Below are positions 29,364-41,190 of a stretch of 64,000 bases of DNA, in pieces. The notes below the pieces were generated by a model. It was not told where the DNA came from. It did no database searches and worked only from the letters and a program-made list of their open reading frames with translations. Source of the stretch: Glycera tridactyla (Eukaryota); the NCBI GenBank assembly GCA_965644265.1, contig OZ286464.1, positions 30,504,001-30,568,000 on the forward strand, read 5' to 3'. Numbering within the stretch: the first letter of the stretch is position 1; each line of letters begins with the position of its first letter. Position numbers and translations under genes: made by a program.

Positions 29364-29507
29364 CAGAACTCTCGTCTGGTCTCGAATCGTTCATCAAACT
29401 CGTGGCGGCGGCGTAGGGATATCACTCGTGCTGCGCACTCGTGATATTTCTATGTCGCCGCCACTTGTTTGATAAACGATTAGAGACCGGACGCTCGTTC
29501 AATTCTG
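29364..29507. mobile_element. Palindromic MITE-like element with CACTC-GTGC-TGC-GCAC-TC-GTG centre
   Basis: Imperfect ~60-70-bp inverted arms (CAGAA..CGTCtGGTCTCgAATCGTTcATCAAAC..GTGGCGGCG versus its complement). Confidence 0.7.
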
Positions 29508-29961
29508 TCTATATATTCAACCATAGTTACGACTAATCCTGGTATATTATAGCATGAAATCATCTGAGTGAGATTCAGTCTACAGTCCAACCTGGCTTAG
29601 CGACCACCTCTATATAACGGTTCCCTGTCTATAACGACCACTATCGGTAACGACCATCGTATTTTCTCTATATTTCACCTGTATATAACGGCAACCTGTC
29701 CAACGCGACCTTCGACCGCCATTTTGGCGAATGTATACACGGATAACCTCCATATAACGACCGTCACCGCAGCCTGAGCATGAGCAGGGCGCGAGTGGAA
29801 TTAGCGAGAATGCCGACTGACACGCGAACAATAGGCCATTGTTCTGTGAGCAAGTGAAGCTTTCACACATCCTAATCCCAATAAACATCGTTAGAACTGT
29901 GATCGCGCCATTTTTCATTCATCATTTTACTTTACTGGAGAGAAGACGTGTATTCGTAGCA

Positions 29962-30604
29962 ATGGCTACCCCTACGAAAGGCAAACGTGTGAGCCTGAAA
30001 CTTTCTGACAAAGTGGCCGCTATACGTCTAATGGAAGATGGACAATCTGCTTTAGCGGTAGCAAAGAAGTTCGGAGTGGGGAAGACACAAATGCAGGATC
30101 TAAAGAAACGGAAAAGCCAAGTGTTAGACGACTATCATCAAAATGGCAACCCCGATATGAAACGCCAGCGTAAAGCAACAGGCAATGAAGAACTTAACGA
30201 ATTAGTCTGGCTTTGGTTCCAAGATTGTACAACACGCGGGATACCAGTGAGTGGACCTTTAATTCAGCAAAAGGCCATGACTATATACAATCAGCTTGGA
30301 ATGGACAATGCATTTAAAGCATCGAATGGGTGGTTGGAAGCTTTTTTGAAGCGCCACAACATCGTCTTCAAAACGCAGTCTGGGGAGAGGGGCGATGTTG
30401 ACACGAACACGGTATCGGAATGGAAAAATCGTTTACCGGCGATCATTGAAGGTTACGATCCCAAAGATGTGTACAATATGGATGAGACGGGGCTCTTCTA
30501 CCGCGATTCCACACGTTCAACGTATTTTATTAAGGGCGAGGAGTGTGCCGGAGGCAAACGCTCCAAGGAACGTGTCACCCTTGCGCTATGCGCCAACATG
30601 GCGG
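29962..30604 (+). CDS. Tigger/pogo transposase exon 1 (CENP-B-type HTH, Tc5-type HTH, first catalytic Asp)
   Basis: ATG at 29962: MATPTKGKRVSLKLSDKVAAI...FGVGKTQM, LVWLWF...GIPVSGPLIQQKA, FKASNGWLEAFLKRHNI, VYNMDETGLFYR, KERVTLALCANMAG. Phase-1 donor G|GTAAGT at 30605. Confidence 0.92.
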
Positions 30605-30978
30605 GTAAGTTGTTTTTGTCTGCATCCGGGTTCTGTTCTTCTTCATTCCCTCCGCATATTTAATGAGTTCTACGCAGGTTTCGATTAGGTAGCACGCAGT
30701 TTCTGATGACGTTTCATGGTGATTCCCATGGGGTATCCTGAGCTCTACACACGAACCGGCTACGTAGTAAGCGGAATCTCCTATGTCGCATATTTAATGA
30801 GTTCTACACAGGTTTCGATTAGGTAGCATGCAGTTTCTGATGACGTTTCAGGGTGATTCCCTTTATTGACCGCATATTTAATGAGATCCACACACAAACT
30901 GGCTACGTAGTTAGCGTATTCCCCGGCCTTGCATCAAGATGACTCCTCTTAAAAGCTGATGAATCTTCTATGTTTCAG
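30605..30978 (+). other. GT-AG intron in the transposase, containing a ~134-bp tandem duplication
   Basis: GTAAGT...TTCTATGTTTCAG. Splicing restores NMAG-EKIKPLLIGKS..PRCFK..LPVTYRFNKKAWMN. CGCATATTTAATGAG recurs at 30653, 30787 and 30871. Confidence 0.88.
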
Positions 30979-31913
30979 GTGAGAAAATAAAGCCTCTACT
31001 CATTGGCAAGTCGTGTCGACCACGGTGTTTTAAGGTAGACCCTTCCAAGTTACCCGTGACCTATCGTTTCAACAAAAAGGCTTGGATGAATAGTGGCATT
31101 TTCGTCGAATATCTACGCGATCTCGATCGCTCAATGAAACTTGCGAATCGAAACATCCTCTTGTTTGTTGACAATGCTCCTTCACACCCCAAAATCGAAC
31201 TTTCTAACGTTAAGTTAGTTTTTCTGCCGCCAAATACAACATCAGTAATCCAACCAATGGATCAAGGAATTATTCAGACTTTCAAGTTGAAATATAGAAA
31301 ACTTCAGATGCAATACGTTATTTCAGAAATGGAACTGTACCCTTCTAAATCTGGCACTGATATTCTCAAATCCATCTCATTATTGGAATGTGTTTATTGG
31401 TGTAGCCGTGCGTGGGAGTCTATTGAATCCAGCACAATCACTAAATGTTTCGCAAAGGGTGGATTTATGGACATTCCTAGCATTTCAAATTCTGATACTA
31501 TGGAAGATGTGGTCCCACTTTCATATGTTAAACTGTCACAGGAATTGTTTGGCGTTGCATTTGATGAGCTTGCTTCTATTGACAAATCATTCTTTACTTG
31601 TGATATGGCCGATCTAGACTGGGAGGATCCTAAGAAGTTGCTCACAAATGTCAAAGATTCAATGTTAGCCGATATTGAAGAGGAGGAGGAGGATGGTGAA
31701 GATGAGGAAGAGGAAGATGAGCATTTGTATGCCCCACAAAGTGTCACCATAGATAAAGCTCACGAATGTATCAATTTGTTGAAAATATTTGCCTCACAGC
31801 GGGAAAATATAGATCTAATGAACTCTATAATGTCCTGCAGTTTTCAAATAGATATGACGAGGGCAACGAAAATGGTTCAAAAAGACATTAGATCCTTCTT
31901 TAAACTCCAGTGA
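30979..31913 (+). CDS. Tigger/pogo transposase exon 2 (DDE catalytic domain, acidic C-terminus); spliced product 525 aa
   Basis: In frame with exon 1. ILLFVDNAPSH and FLPPNTTSVIQPMDQGII give DD29D spacing. Stop TGA at 31911-31913, no internal stops. Confidence 0.92.
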
Positions 31914-32761
31914 ATTTTTGTATGATATCGAATTTTTAGATATTAATTTTTAACATTTATCAGATATTTGTATTGATATTGAATTTTTAGATATTAATTT
32001 TTAACATTTAGATATATCATGTATTTTTCAGTGTGGGGATTTCAGCAGTGAGTGAGACCGACATTCAAATTGAGTCAAATTCAAATTGAGTGAGACCTTT
32101 TTTTCATTATGTTGACAGTTTATGTTCTATGTTTACCTTTGTACGTTTAAATTCATCTATATTTCTGTGATAACCATTTAATCCATTTATCATCCAATTT
32201 ATATTTTATTCCCAGTTTCCTGTGATAATTAATGATTTTGCACCATTTATATTCAATATTTATATTTCATAACCATATCCCAAATTGTCCAGTGATAAAT
32301 GATCTTTAATCTATCTTTAAAACTTTATTACCAAATTTTCTGTGATATTTTCCTGTGATAATTCAATTTTCTCCTGTGATAATTCAATATTTCACACCAT
32401 TTACATTTTATATTTTATACCATTCCAAATTGTCAATTTTTATTTCTGTGATAACTGATCTTTTTTAGCAATAATTTATCTACAAAACTTTATTTTCAAA
32501 TTTTCTGTAATATTTTCTGTGATATTTTATGTGATATTTTCCTGTGATATTTTCCTGTGATAATTCAACATTATTCTGGCTTTATCATTCACGTATTTTC
32601 TTAAAGCAGATCCATCAAATAAAGATTTTTATTGATAGTAATGTGTCTGTCTATTTCTTTGCTTCGGCACCCATAGTGACCCTCTATATAGTGACCACCT
32701 GTCCATAGTGACCATTTTGGTGACTGACCGAGCATGGTCACTATAGACAGGTTCGACTGTA

Positions 32762-33074
32762 TTTGTTGATGCTATTTATCTCATAATAAGCAGAATTTCA
32801 CTCAGAATCAGCTAAGGATTTGAAAGTAGTCTCGTTGAACAGGGCAGATTACAGGAAATCCATGAATATATATTTTGTATGTGTTGAATCGAATTGGATG
32901 ACATTCAATCGAAAGTTGAATGTGGATTGAATTACTTTATGGATAGTTTAGCTGCCTGCCGATCGCGCTGAATGGAACGCGTCAGCAGAAGAGAAGACAG
33001 TGGGTTGTCACCGGACTTCGCATTGTGACGTAGGCGTGTGCGGCAGTGGTCCTGACGAGTTATATTCAACACCC
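32762..33074 (+). repeat. Dispersed repeat, copy 2 (right part, split by the Tigger insertion)
   Basis: Joining the Tigger flanks gives CTGAGTGAGATTCAGTC-TA-TTTGTTGATGC, matching CTGAATGAAATTCAGTC-CA-TTTGTGGATGC at 28168-28197. Confidence 0.8.
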
Positions 33075-33804
33075 CTATATTCAACCGCAGCCCGCGCTGT
33101 TCGTGGTATATAGGGAGAGGAAGAGCTNNNNNNNNNNNNNNNNNNNNNNNNNNNNNNNNNNNNNNNNNNNNNNNNNNNNNNNNNNNNNNNNNNNNNNNNN
33201 NNNNNNNNNNNNNNNNNNNNNNNNNNNNNNNNNNNNNNNNNNNNNNNNNNNNNNNNNNNNNNNNNNNNNNNNNNNNNNNNNNNNNNNNNNNNNNNNNNNN
33301 NNNNNNNNNNNNNNNNNNNNNNNNNNNNNNNNNNNNNNNNNNNNNNNNNNNNNNNNNNNNNNNNNNNNNNNNNNNNNNNNNNNNNNNNNNNNNNNNNNNN
33401 NNNNNNNNNNNNNNNNNNNNNNNNNNNNNNNNNNNNNNNNNNNNNNNNNNNNNNNNNNNNNNNNNNNNNNNNNNNNNNNNNNNNNNNNNNNNNATGATAA
33501 CGATAAAATTATGTATAATAATAATCACGATATTGATAATGATAATTATAATATTTAACAGATTCCACGTCGAGTTTTGTTTGATGTCATAATGAGAGCA
33601 ATTAGATAGAATCCACAGCTGTGGATAAGGTGTGAAACACACAGAAAAGGTGTGAAGCCACGGTTACAGAAAGGGGTTACAGAAAGGGGTGAAGGGATAG
33701 GTGTGACAACACCTTCGGCACTTCCCATTATAGCTATCATGCTTCATTGATTTATAAACACTATTTTCCATCCATCCAGCAGTAGGAGGTGGTTATGATG
33801 ATGA

Positions 33805-33807
<3 letters not shown>

Positions 33808-33855
<48 letters not shown>
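33808..33855. repeat. (AG)n microsatellite
   Basis: Perfect run. Confidence 0.95.
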
Positions 33856-33862
<7 letters not shown>

Positions 33863-34000
33863 CAGCCAGGCAGGCATTATAAAAATAACTAGCTGTTCCC
33901 TGTGTGAAGCACGGGTAGGAGACCACCACCATCACCACCACCAATCTCTCACTCCCTATGATACTCTTCAGCACCCTGTGTGCGACATATGAACGGCAGT

Positions 34001-34276
34001 AGGTGTAATAACGTTTGAACGGTTTCCACCTCGGTTGAAACGTTTCCACCGCGGTTGAAACGTTTCCACCGCGGTTGAAACGTTACCACCGCGGTTGAAA
34101 CGTTTCCACCGCGGTGGTAATGTTTCCACTGCGGTGGTAATGTTTCTACCGCGGTGGTAATGTTTCCACCGCGGTGGTAATGTTTCCACCTCGGTGGTAA
34201 TGTTTCCACCGCGGTGCAAATGTGCAGTACATTTGAGGTTGAAAATATATTTTTGAATGGCACTAATGGGCCACCG
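34001..34276 (-). repeat. Right inverted arm with ~10 copies of the same 20-bp unit
   Basis: AGGTGTAATAAC..., array at 34024-34216, then GAGGTTGAAAATATATT...ATGGCACTAATGGGCCACCG|TA. Confidence 0.85.
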
Positions 34277-34500
34277 TAGCTGTCAGTGGTGACGAGCGAT
34301 AAAATGGAGATATCAGATATCATACGCATGCCATCGCGGCATCCTCTCCTCATTGCATCTCATCTCAGGCTTGGTATGATCAATCGTTTCGGAGTTTACA
34401 TCGACCACCAAATAATGCATCATCAGCAACACTCGTGAGATGTGCGATGTGTGATTTCAGAATACTGAGTGCGCTGTCTCCAATTTGAATGTCTCAAACG

Positions 34501-34920
34501 ATACCATCAGTCTCCGTTTTCCGGACCATTTCATCCGTTGTCAGAGAGCCAGAAGAAGCCATGATGGACCCATGCTCATCGCATCTGCGTTTCAATATAA
34601 CCAGTGTGTCGCTTATAAGATAGCAAATAAACGAAGGCAGTCTTAAATTTGAATAAGCAACCATCATCGGCCTTCAGGATGGACACCATCAGTCTTTGGT
34701 TTTCAGATCATTCTATCCGCTGTCGGAGAGACAAGAGAAGCCTTGACGAACCCCATCCTTGTTCATCGCGGGTGCCTCTCAATGAAGTTGAAATGTTGCT
34801 TGTGAGCTGATAACCACACTCAGTTTTGAAACCAGACATTCTACCAACCTCGGCCGTCAGAGTAGACACCATCAGTTTGTGGTTTTCAGACCATTCCATC
34901 CGCTGTTAGAGAGCCAGGAG
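34501..34920. repeat. Diverged tandem repeat, ~182-bp period, 2-3 copies
   Basis: ACCATCAGT..GTTTTC.GA.CATT..ATCCG.TGT..GAGAG at 34503, 34685 and 34868. Confidence 0.8.
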
Positions 34921-37152
34921 GGCGTAACAATATGTTATCCACACCGGATAATTGTGGTATCATCGCTAGTAGGGAAGAGGGCGGAAATGGAGTAGCTGTC
35001 AAGGTATGCATAATGCTATGTAATGGAGAACGTATCAATGGCATAGTTAGGCCCAGTTATGCGTTCGTGCATGAAGGCATGAGACAAGGTGAATGATATA
35101 CGCCTACTAATGCACATATGTGCGTGTGGCATACAGGTGCCCGGGTAATTCACGTGAGTGTTTGAATGATATAGAGGCATAATACATGTTATTTTCCGCG
35201 TGATGTAGAGATTGCTGGTGATACCGAATGAATACATGGGTATGTACATTGAATTGTGAGTGTGCATGGAATTGTATGCGTACAAACCCATTTATTTCAA
35301 TTGATTAACAGGATCGGGATACGTACTAATGCCGAGAACATAGAGCTTGCCATAGTGAGTATTAAGCCATGATAGCATAGTTCAATGCTGGGCGGATTTG
35401 ATTGTTTTGTTGTCACTTCTTAGCGCCACATTATGACGTCATTGCAGTCCGAATGATACTATAAGTTGCTGGATGAGTTCTTCATGACCATTTTCATGTT
35501 CTAGATATGGATTGATGGTTGAGGTTTCCATGTGCATTTTATTGACACTGCAGGGTCCAAAATATGTTCTGGATTGCAAAGTTTCTTCGGAGGTGGAACG
35601 TGCCATCATGACAACATCAGCGTAGATGAGAGCAATAAATCGGCCTCCGAGATAATCATATCGGGAACAGATATTTATTATTCAAATGTCGGATGATATG
35701 ACAGATGAGAACAGCCTCAAATGGTTGAGTTAATATAGACAAGAGATGTCCTACAGAAAAACTGGGTGGGTAGAAATTCTATATAATATTCGTCACACTC
35801 TCACAGGTCTGCACTTTCACCAGGGCCATGGATCATGGTTCCGCACTGAAAATCCATGTTCCGACTTACATATATTCTACATCATTACGGGTAATATTCG
35901 CCTATTAGATAGTAGTGGATCCATATGTTGGCTTATGAATTTTCGATGTAGTCTTATGAATCTGTGTTACGTTTAATGAATCTCATAAAGCTGCATGAAG
36001 TCTTGTGAGGGTCACGAGTATTCACCTGGTCTTGTGAAGCCTTGTGGAAAATAACGAAACCCTCTGAAGCCTCATGAAGTCTTCGAAGCTTTATGAAGTC
36101 ATATGAAGCTATATGGAGCCTCATGAATCCTTACCAATTCTTCGTGAAGCCGCGTGATAGACGTCTAGAATCTGCTCCATCCTTTTTACTACACATGTCG
36201 TGAGGAAATATATACTCATTATTCGAACTTATCAAACAGTGGACCATCCTATAGCATAACGCTTCATAGGATCTTGACAGGCATTCCCAAGATTCGGGAG
36301 TGGTCATCGATCCTGAGAGATAAACAAAAAATGACCAGGACATACATACATTCTCAACTATCAGATAATGTATATTGGTAAAATCTTCCTATCAGAGAAA
36401 CTTGACTTTCTTCTTTACCATATTGTGTTATTGAAAGTGTGACACGTCGAAAGTTAACTTTCGACCTCATTCGCTGACCGACATTACTCCCCGGCGTGGG
36501 ACGCGATGGCCTTGCATCGCCCGAGATCTCTCGGCCATATTTCATCACACTGCTTCAACACAATTCTGTCGATTTTGACGCTGGTTCTGTGTGTTGCTTA
36601 GCAACGTTTCCTGCTCTGAGACATTGACAAGTTACTGCCCATTCCAATTGAGACGTGTGCCTGCATCCAGCATTTATCTTTGAGTCTCAATCATTCACCT
36701 CCAATGTATGAAAGAAAGTGTGATGGCTTTACTCCCGTGTTCCGCTGTTCTCTGCTTCTTTTCTTTTCTACCCCTTTTCTCTCGATCCTCATCCCTTCCC
36801 CTTTCCGTCTTCTTCTCCTGTATGTCTCTCGCTCCACTACTCTCCAACCTGCCCCTTCTTCCTGATCTTCCATGTCAGACAGTCCAAAACAAGATTTCCC
36901 TACACTTGAGCAGCTAGGAGGACAGATACGTCAGTGATCTCTTCTCTGAATAGGTAGGTGAAGATATAAACTGCTTATCACAACTAGAGCCATCATCTTT
37001 CATATTCCAACTGATTTTGATTGGGTTAATCACTATATATTACCATACAAATGTCATCATATATACCTGTTACCACTCAGCCTTTGTTGACCTTTTAATA
37101 ACACCACTGATAATAGAAGATACAGCCGCATCTTAGTATTAGATTCAATATT

Positions 37153-37155
37153 AGC

Positions 37156-37193
<38 letters not shown>

Positions 37194-37483
37194 AAGTAGT
37201 AGTAGTAGTGAAACAATGATTCTATTTCCGTGGCCAGGAACATATGTACACCATATTCGGAGTAGTGGTGGTAGTAGTAGTAGTAAAAGTAGTAGAAGTA
37301 ATGAATATTTGTGTGTACTGATATTTGTAGTTCTTTCAGTTGTAATAAAAGTAATAATGATGATAAAAATAGCAATGATGATGATAATAATGATAATAAT
37401 AATGATAATGATAATAGTGATAATAATAAAAACAATGATGATACTAGTGTCAGAAGTGGTAGCGATTGTAGTGGTAGTGGTGA

Positions 37484-37569
<86 letters not shown>

Positions 37570-37750
37570 TCAGTAATAGCTTCAGTAGCAGCAAAATGAT
37601 AGTCATGAATGTAAAAGAGATCGTAGTATTGTTAGCGGTACCAGTAGTAATGATATTAGAAGTAGTTGTAGAAGTAGTTGTAGTAGTAGCAGCAGCAGTA
37701 GTAGCAGAAGTAGTATCAACAGTAGTAGTTGTGTGGATGTGGTAGTAGGA
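37153..37750. repeat. Compound (TAG)n/(ATG/ATA)n microsatellite region
   Basis: Long trinucleotide runs. They explain the poly-Leu/Val/Ser ORFs. Confidence 0.95.
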
Positions 37751-40700
37751 CGGAGCAGGAGGAGGAATAGAGAACACATACGTGATTGCATTTGTGTGTT
37801 AATTCTGTGAACCTTGTCATTCTTCATTGATATCAGCCAAGTCACACAATGAATCATATGGTTCGAGTTACTGGAGCCTCACTCCTTCTTTCACACGCTT
37901 GCAAGCAGATTAGTGTGTGATAGGAGCCTTCACTCAAGAACTATATCTCGTCAAATACTTGAATTCACTATCCCTCACATTTGTGTGCTACATTCTTCAT
38001 TCCCTATATCTATCAATACTATCACTGTCTACACTTCTCCCATGCCTACTTATTGTTATTTGCAAGGCTGAGCGGAGCGTGCGCGGTAGTGGTTAAACCA
38101 GACAGTACAAAACGATGCTCACACTAAGGTCGATTGAAGCTACTAGATCAGTGAGAATGGATGAAATTATGGATGAATATTTCAGAGATCTCGGGCATGT
38201 GTGGATTTTCTGTGATCTAGGCACACATAAAACCCCAAATTGAAGTAAACCCTCCTTGGCATTATCAAGCACCACGAGCACCACATGGGCTATATCGAGA
38301 TGCCCATCCAATAGGCATGGGTGGGATCATTTGCCACTCATTCCCTTCCATCGGGGAGGGGAAAAATTATGCAATCCACAGACACTCGATGCGTGATTCA
38401 TAGTATTCACTATGTGGTCCCATGATAGCAACGCACATTCATTGGTGTCATCATTAACGATCGTCTCTCGCATGATATACAGAGATTGATGAGAAAAATA
38501 AGAGATTGAGCCGGGTTGAATAGCTGTGATTGGAGGCATTCTATGTGTCTGCCGAAATACCAAGCGCTACCTGTAGCCAATTAGGAGATCTGGCCTTTGT
38601 TAGACCAGAGAATGCTAACGATTGCCTCGGGTCATCTAGCTCCACGTCTTGCTAATCCTGCATAGCTCCCTCGCAAGTTCCAATCGGCATGCTCACAATC
38701 AGCAATCAGTCACACCAAGACAAGTGCTCGGACCATCCTAATTCCGAATGCATGGATTACACAGAGCCGTCAATATATCATACCCAAATCCATCGTTTGA
38801 ATCTAGATTTTACCAGGTGGCCGAATGCATGCAATACGGTGATTTGAGATGAGATCGTAATTCCACAGAAATAACAGAGAAAATAGAAGTTTGAAAAAGG
38901 AAAACATGAAGAAGCTACTATTTCTTCAGTCTGGTATGATTCTCATTGCAAGGTGACACTTAAGCCTGGTAGCAATGCTTCATTTTGAGCATAGCATAGT
39001 AACTGAAACGGGAAAAGGCATCAATCAGTCAATCAATCATTCGATAACTTCTAATTGATATCAAGCTATTCAGGTGTACTATGACCAGACTCGATGGCTT
39101 ATTCCCCTGATATACTGAAAAGGCTGAACATATCCGACAAGACAACCGTCCTTGATCTCTATTGAATGTAATTGGGTATGGGCGTGGCGAACAATCACAA
39201 TATTGACTCTTTTTCTCAGCCAGAAGCACGAGGACACAGGCAGAAATATCATCATCATCAGTTGAGAGTATTGATTTCAATCGCGGCACATGCTGCTTAT
39301 ATTTCCTGGATATGAAGTCTTACAAAAGTGTAATATTGTATCGAGTACCTGGACACCATACACACCATATTTTGGCCTTCATGTGTCGGGAATTTGCTTT
39401 GAAATTCTTATATGCCATCTTAGTGAAAATCTATACTCTGTGGAGCTGCTACATTCTGAACGCCGTCATGAATATTTTATCAACGTGAAATGATCTACTT
39501 CTAGTCTGATATGTCGGAATGCTTCTATCTAGGTGATCATCCTATGTAATTCCACAAGTTCCCGTTCATACAGATGTGATAGCCATTCAGCCTGCCTACC
39601 TGCTTCCCTGCCCGACTGCCTTTCAGCCAGACAGCCAGACAGATAGACAAATCCCTTACGGTCTATCAGAGTGGATTCAGAGCAGATCAAAAGCAAATCT
39701 ATCTGTGGAGAAGCACGGAGCTGCTTAGAACGACGACAAATCTAACTAATTACACGATCATAGATAAAGCCATTTTATAGATCAAACGTCCCATTTCTTT
39801 CACAGAATGAATAGGTTTCAATCAATTATCTCGCCAAACACGTATCTGTGTCATGATTTTCTTGTCAAGTGATCAGTCGCGTTTGGTGCATTCTGTCACG
39901 ATCTAGGTCTCAATTCCCAGAAATTCCCGACGCAAGCCCACCTGACATCAGAATTCTCGGTTCTGGAAAGGAAACGACTCGAAACACCTGGCCTTTTTCA
40001 AGAAACTTCTCGATTCGCTGGGATAGGCATTTTCATGAAAATCCCGTATTTCCGACCCATTGCGATATCTCGCCTTCCTGGCGTCGCTGTGAGCGAATAT
40101 GCTCAGTCGCCTTCATGGATGGGAGTGTGAGTATATGAGCAATGTGCCTGTAACACACGCATGGGCAAATGGATGGATGGATGGATGGGTGGATGAATGG
40201 AAGGGTGGGTGGGTGGATGAGTGGGGTGATTCCAGAATAATCAGATGAATCATTTGAAGAATAAAGGACGACAGGGATAAGTGGATGAATAAATGGGACA
40301 GTGATGTCGCCAATCCGAAATAGAATATACATATATATCAAAAAATTAAAGTCAAAGATATAGCATGCCCCATGATCAGCAACACACAGCTAGGGTTGTG
40401 CTGAGAACAGGATTCGTTTCATTTCAAAATCAACTACCGCAGTGGTTTCAATAGGATCGGGATAGGGTTGAAAGAAGGTATCGTTGTGATTCAACCCAAT
40501 CAAAATCCTAAGATAATTTCAATAGACGAGATGTTGACACTGCACTCGATTCGAGAGGCTGGGCGGTGATAGGGCTAGAAAGAAACATGAATAGTGGACG
40601 TGTTGCTGCAATGAGAGATGCATCATCTGTCCATTCCATGATCAAGCTACTACAATATTCGTGTTTATCATCGGATATAATAGCCTTATCTCTGGCTTAT

Positions 40701-40974
40701 GGATGAATGCAGAGAGCTACAGCTGGCCGACTGTGAAGACTAGTCAGAATAGAGTGAATGGAGGGCGAGTACGCTTGACGTAACGAAGTTGTTCTGCTGT
40801 CAGTGAGAGGATGGTGGAGCAGACATCTGCTGCATTCAGTCTTGACAACAGCATCACAGCTCACTACTCAGCTTGCTCACGTATGTCCATAACAAATACC
40901 ATGTGATCAGCACTGTCATGGCTGCCGCCATTAAATTGGCCCAGGAGCGACATCTAGTTACCTCATACTCGCTC

Positions 40975-41190
40975 TTGCTCTCTCGTATCCTGGTACCCGC
41001 ACTCTCGCACTCTCGCACTCTCGCACTCTCGCACCCATGCTCTCATAGTCTCGTACCCTTGCACCCGCTTTCGCACCCTCACACCTGCGCTCTTCAGCCT
41101 CTAGCCTCTAGCCTCTGGACCACGAAGTCGTGTCTACGGGAGTGCGAGGGTATAAGGTCGTGGCTACGAGGGAGCGAGGGTACGAAGTCG
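40975..41190. repeat. Degenerate (CGCACTCT/CGCACCCT) repeat followed by its reverse complement
   Basis: GCACTCTC x3 and GTACCC/GCACCC units at 40990-41090, mirrored by GGGAGTGCGAGGGTA and GGGAGCGAGGGTAC at 41138-41185. Confidence 0.6.

Larger units (their letters stand above)
29583..32759 (+). mobile_element. pogo/Tigger-family DNA transposon (Tc1/mariner superfamily), full length
   Basis: TA target duplication at 29581-29582 and 32760-32761. Imperfect TIRs: CAGTCCAACCTGGCT-TAGCGACCA versus CAGTCGAACCTGTCTATAGTGACCA. Subterminal ATAACGACC/ATAGTGACC repeats, spliced transposase, AT-rich 3' UTR with AATAAA at ~32619. The empty site is confirmed by the paralogous repeat. Confidence 0.93.
26181..34276. 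mobile_element. Candidate ~8.1-kb foldback-type (long-TIR, TA-flanked) non-autonomous DNA transposon with nested insertions
   Basis: The two arms face outward, each is flanked by TA, and their homology stops at the same inner point (ACACCT). Two independent copies of a short dispersed element in opposite orientation cannot be excluded. Confidence 0.4.
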
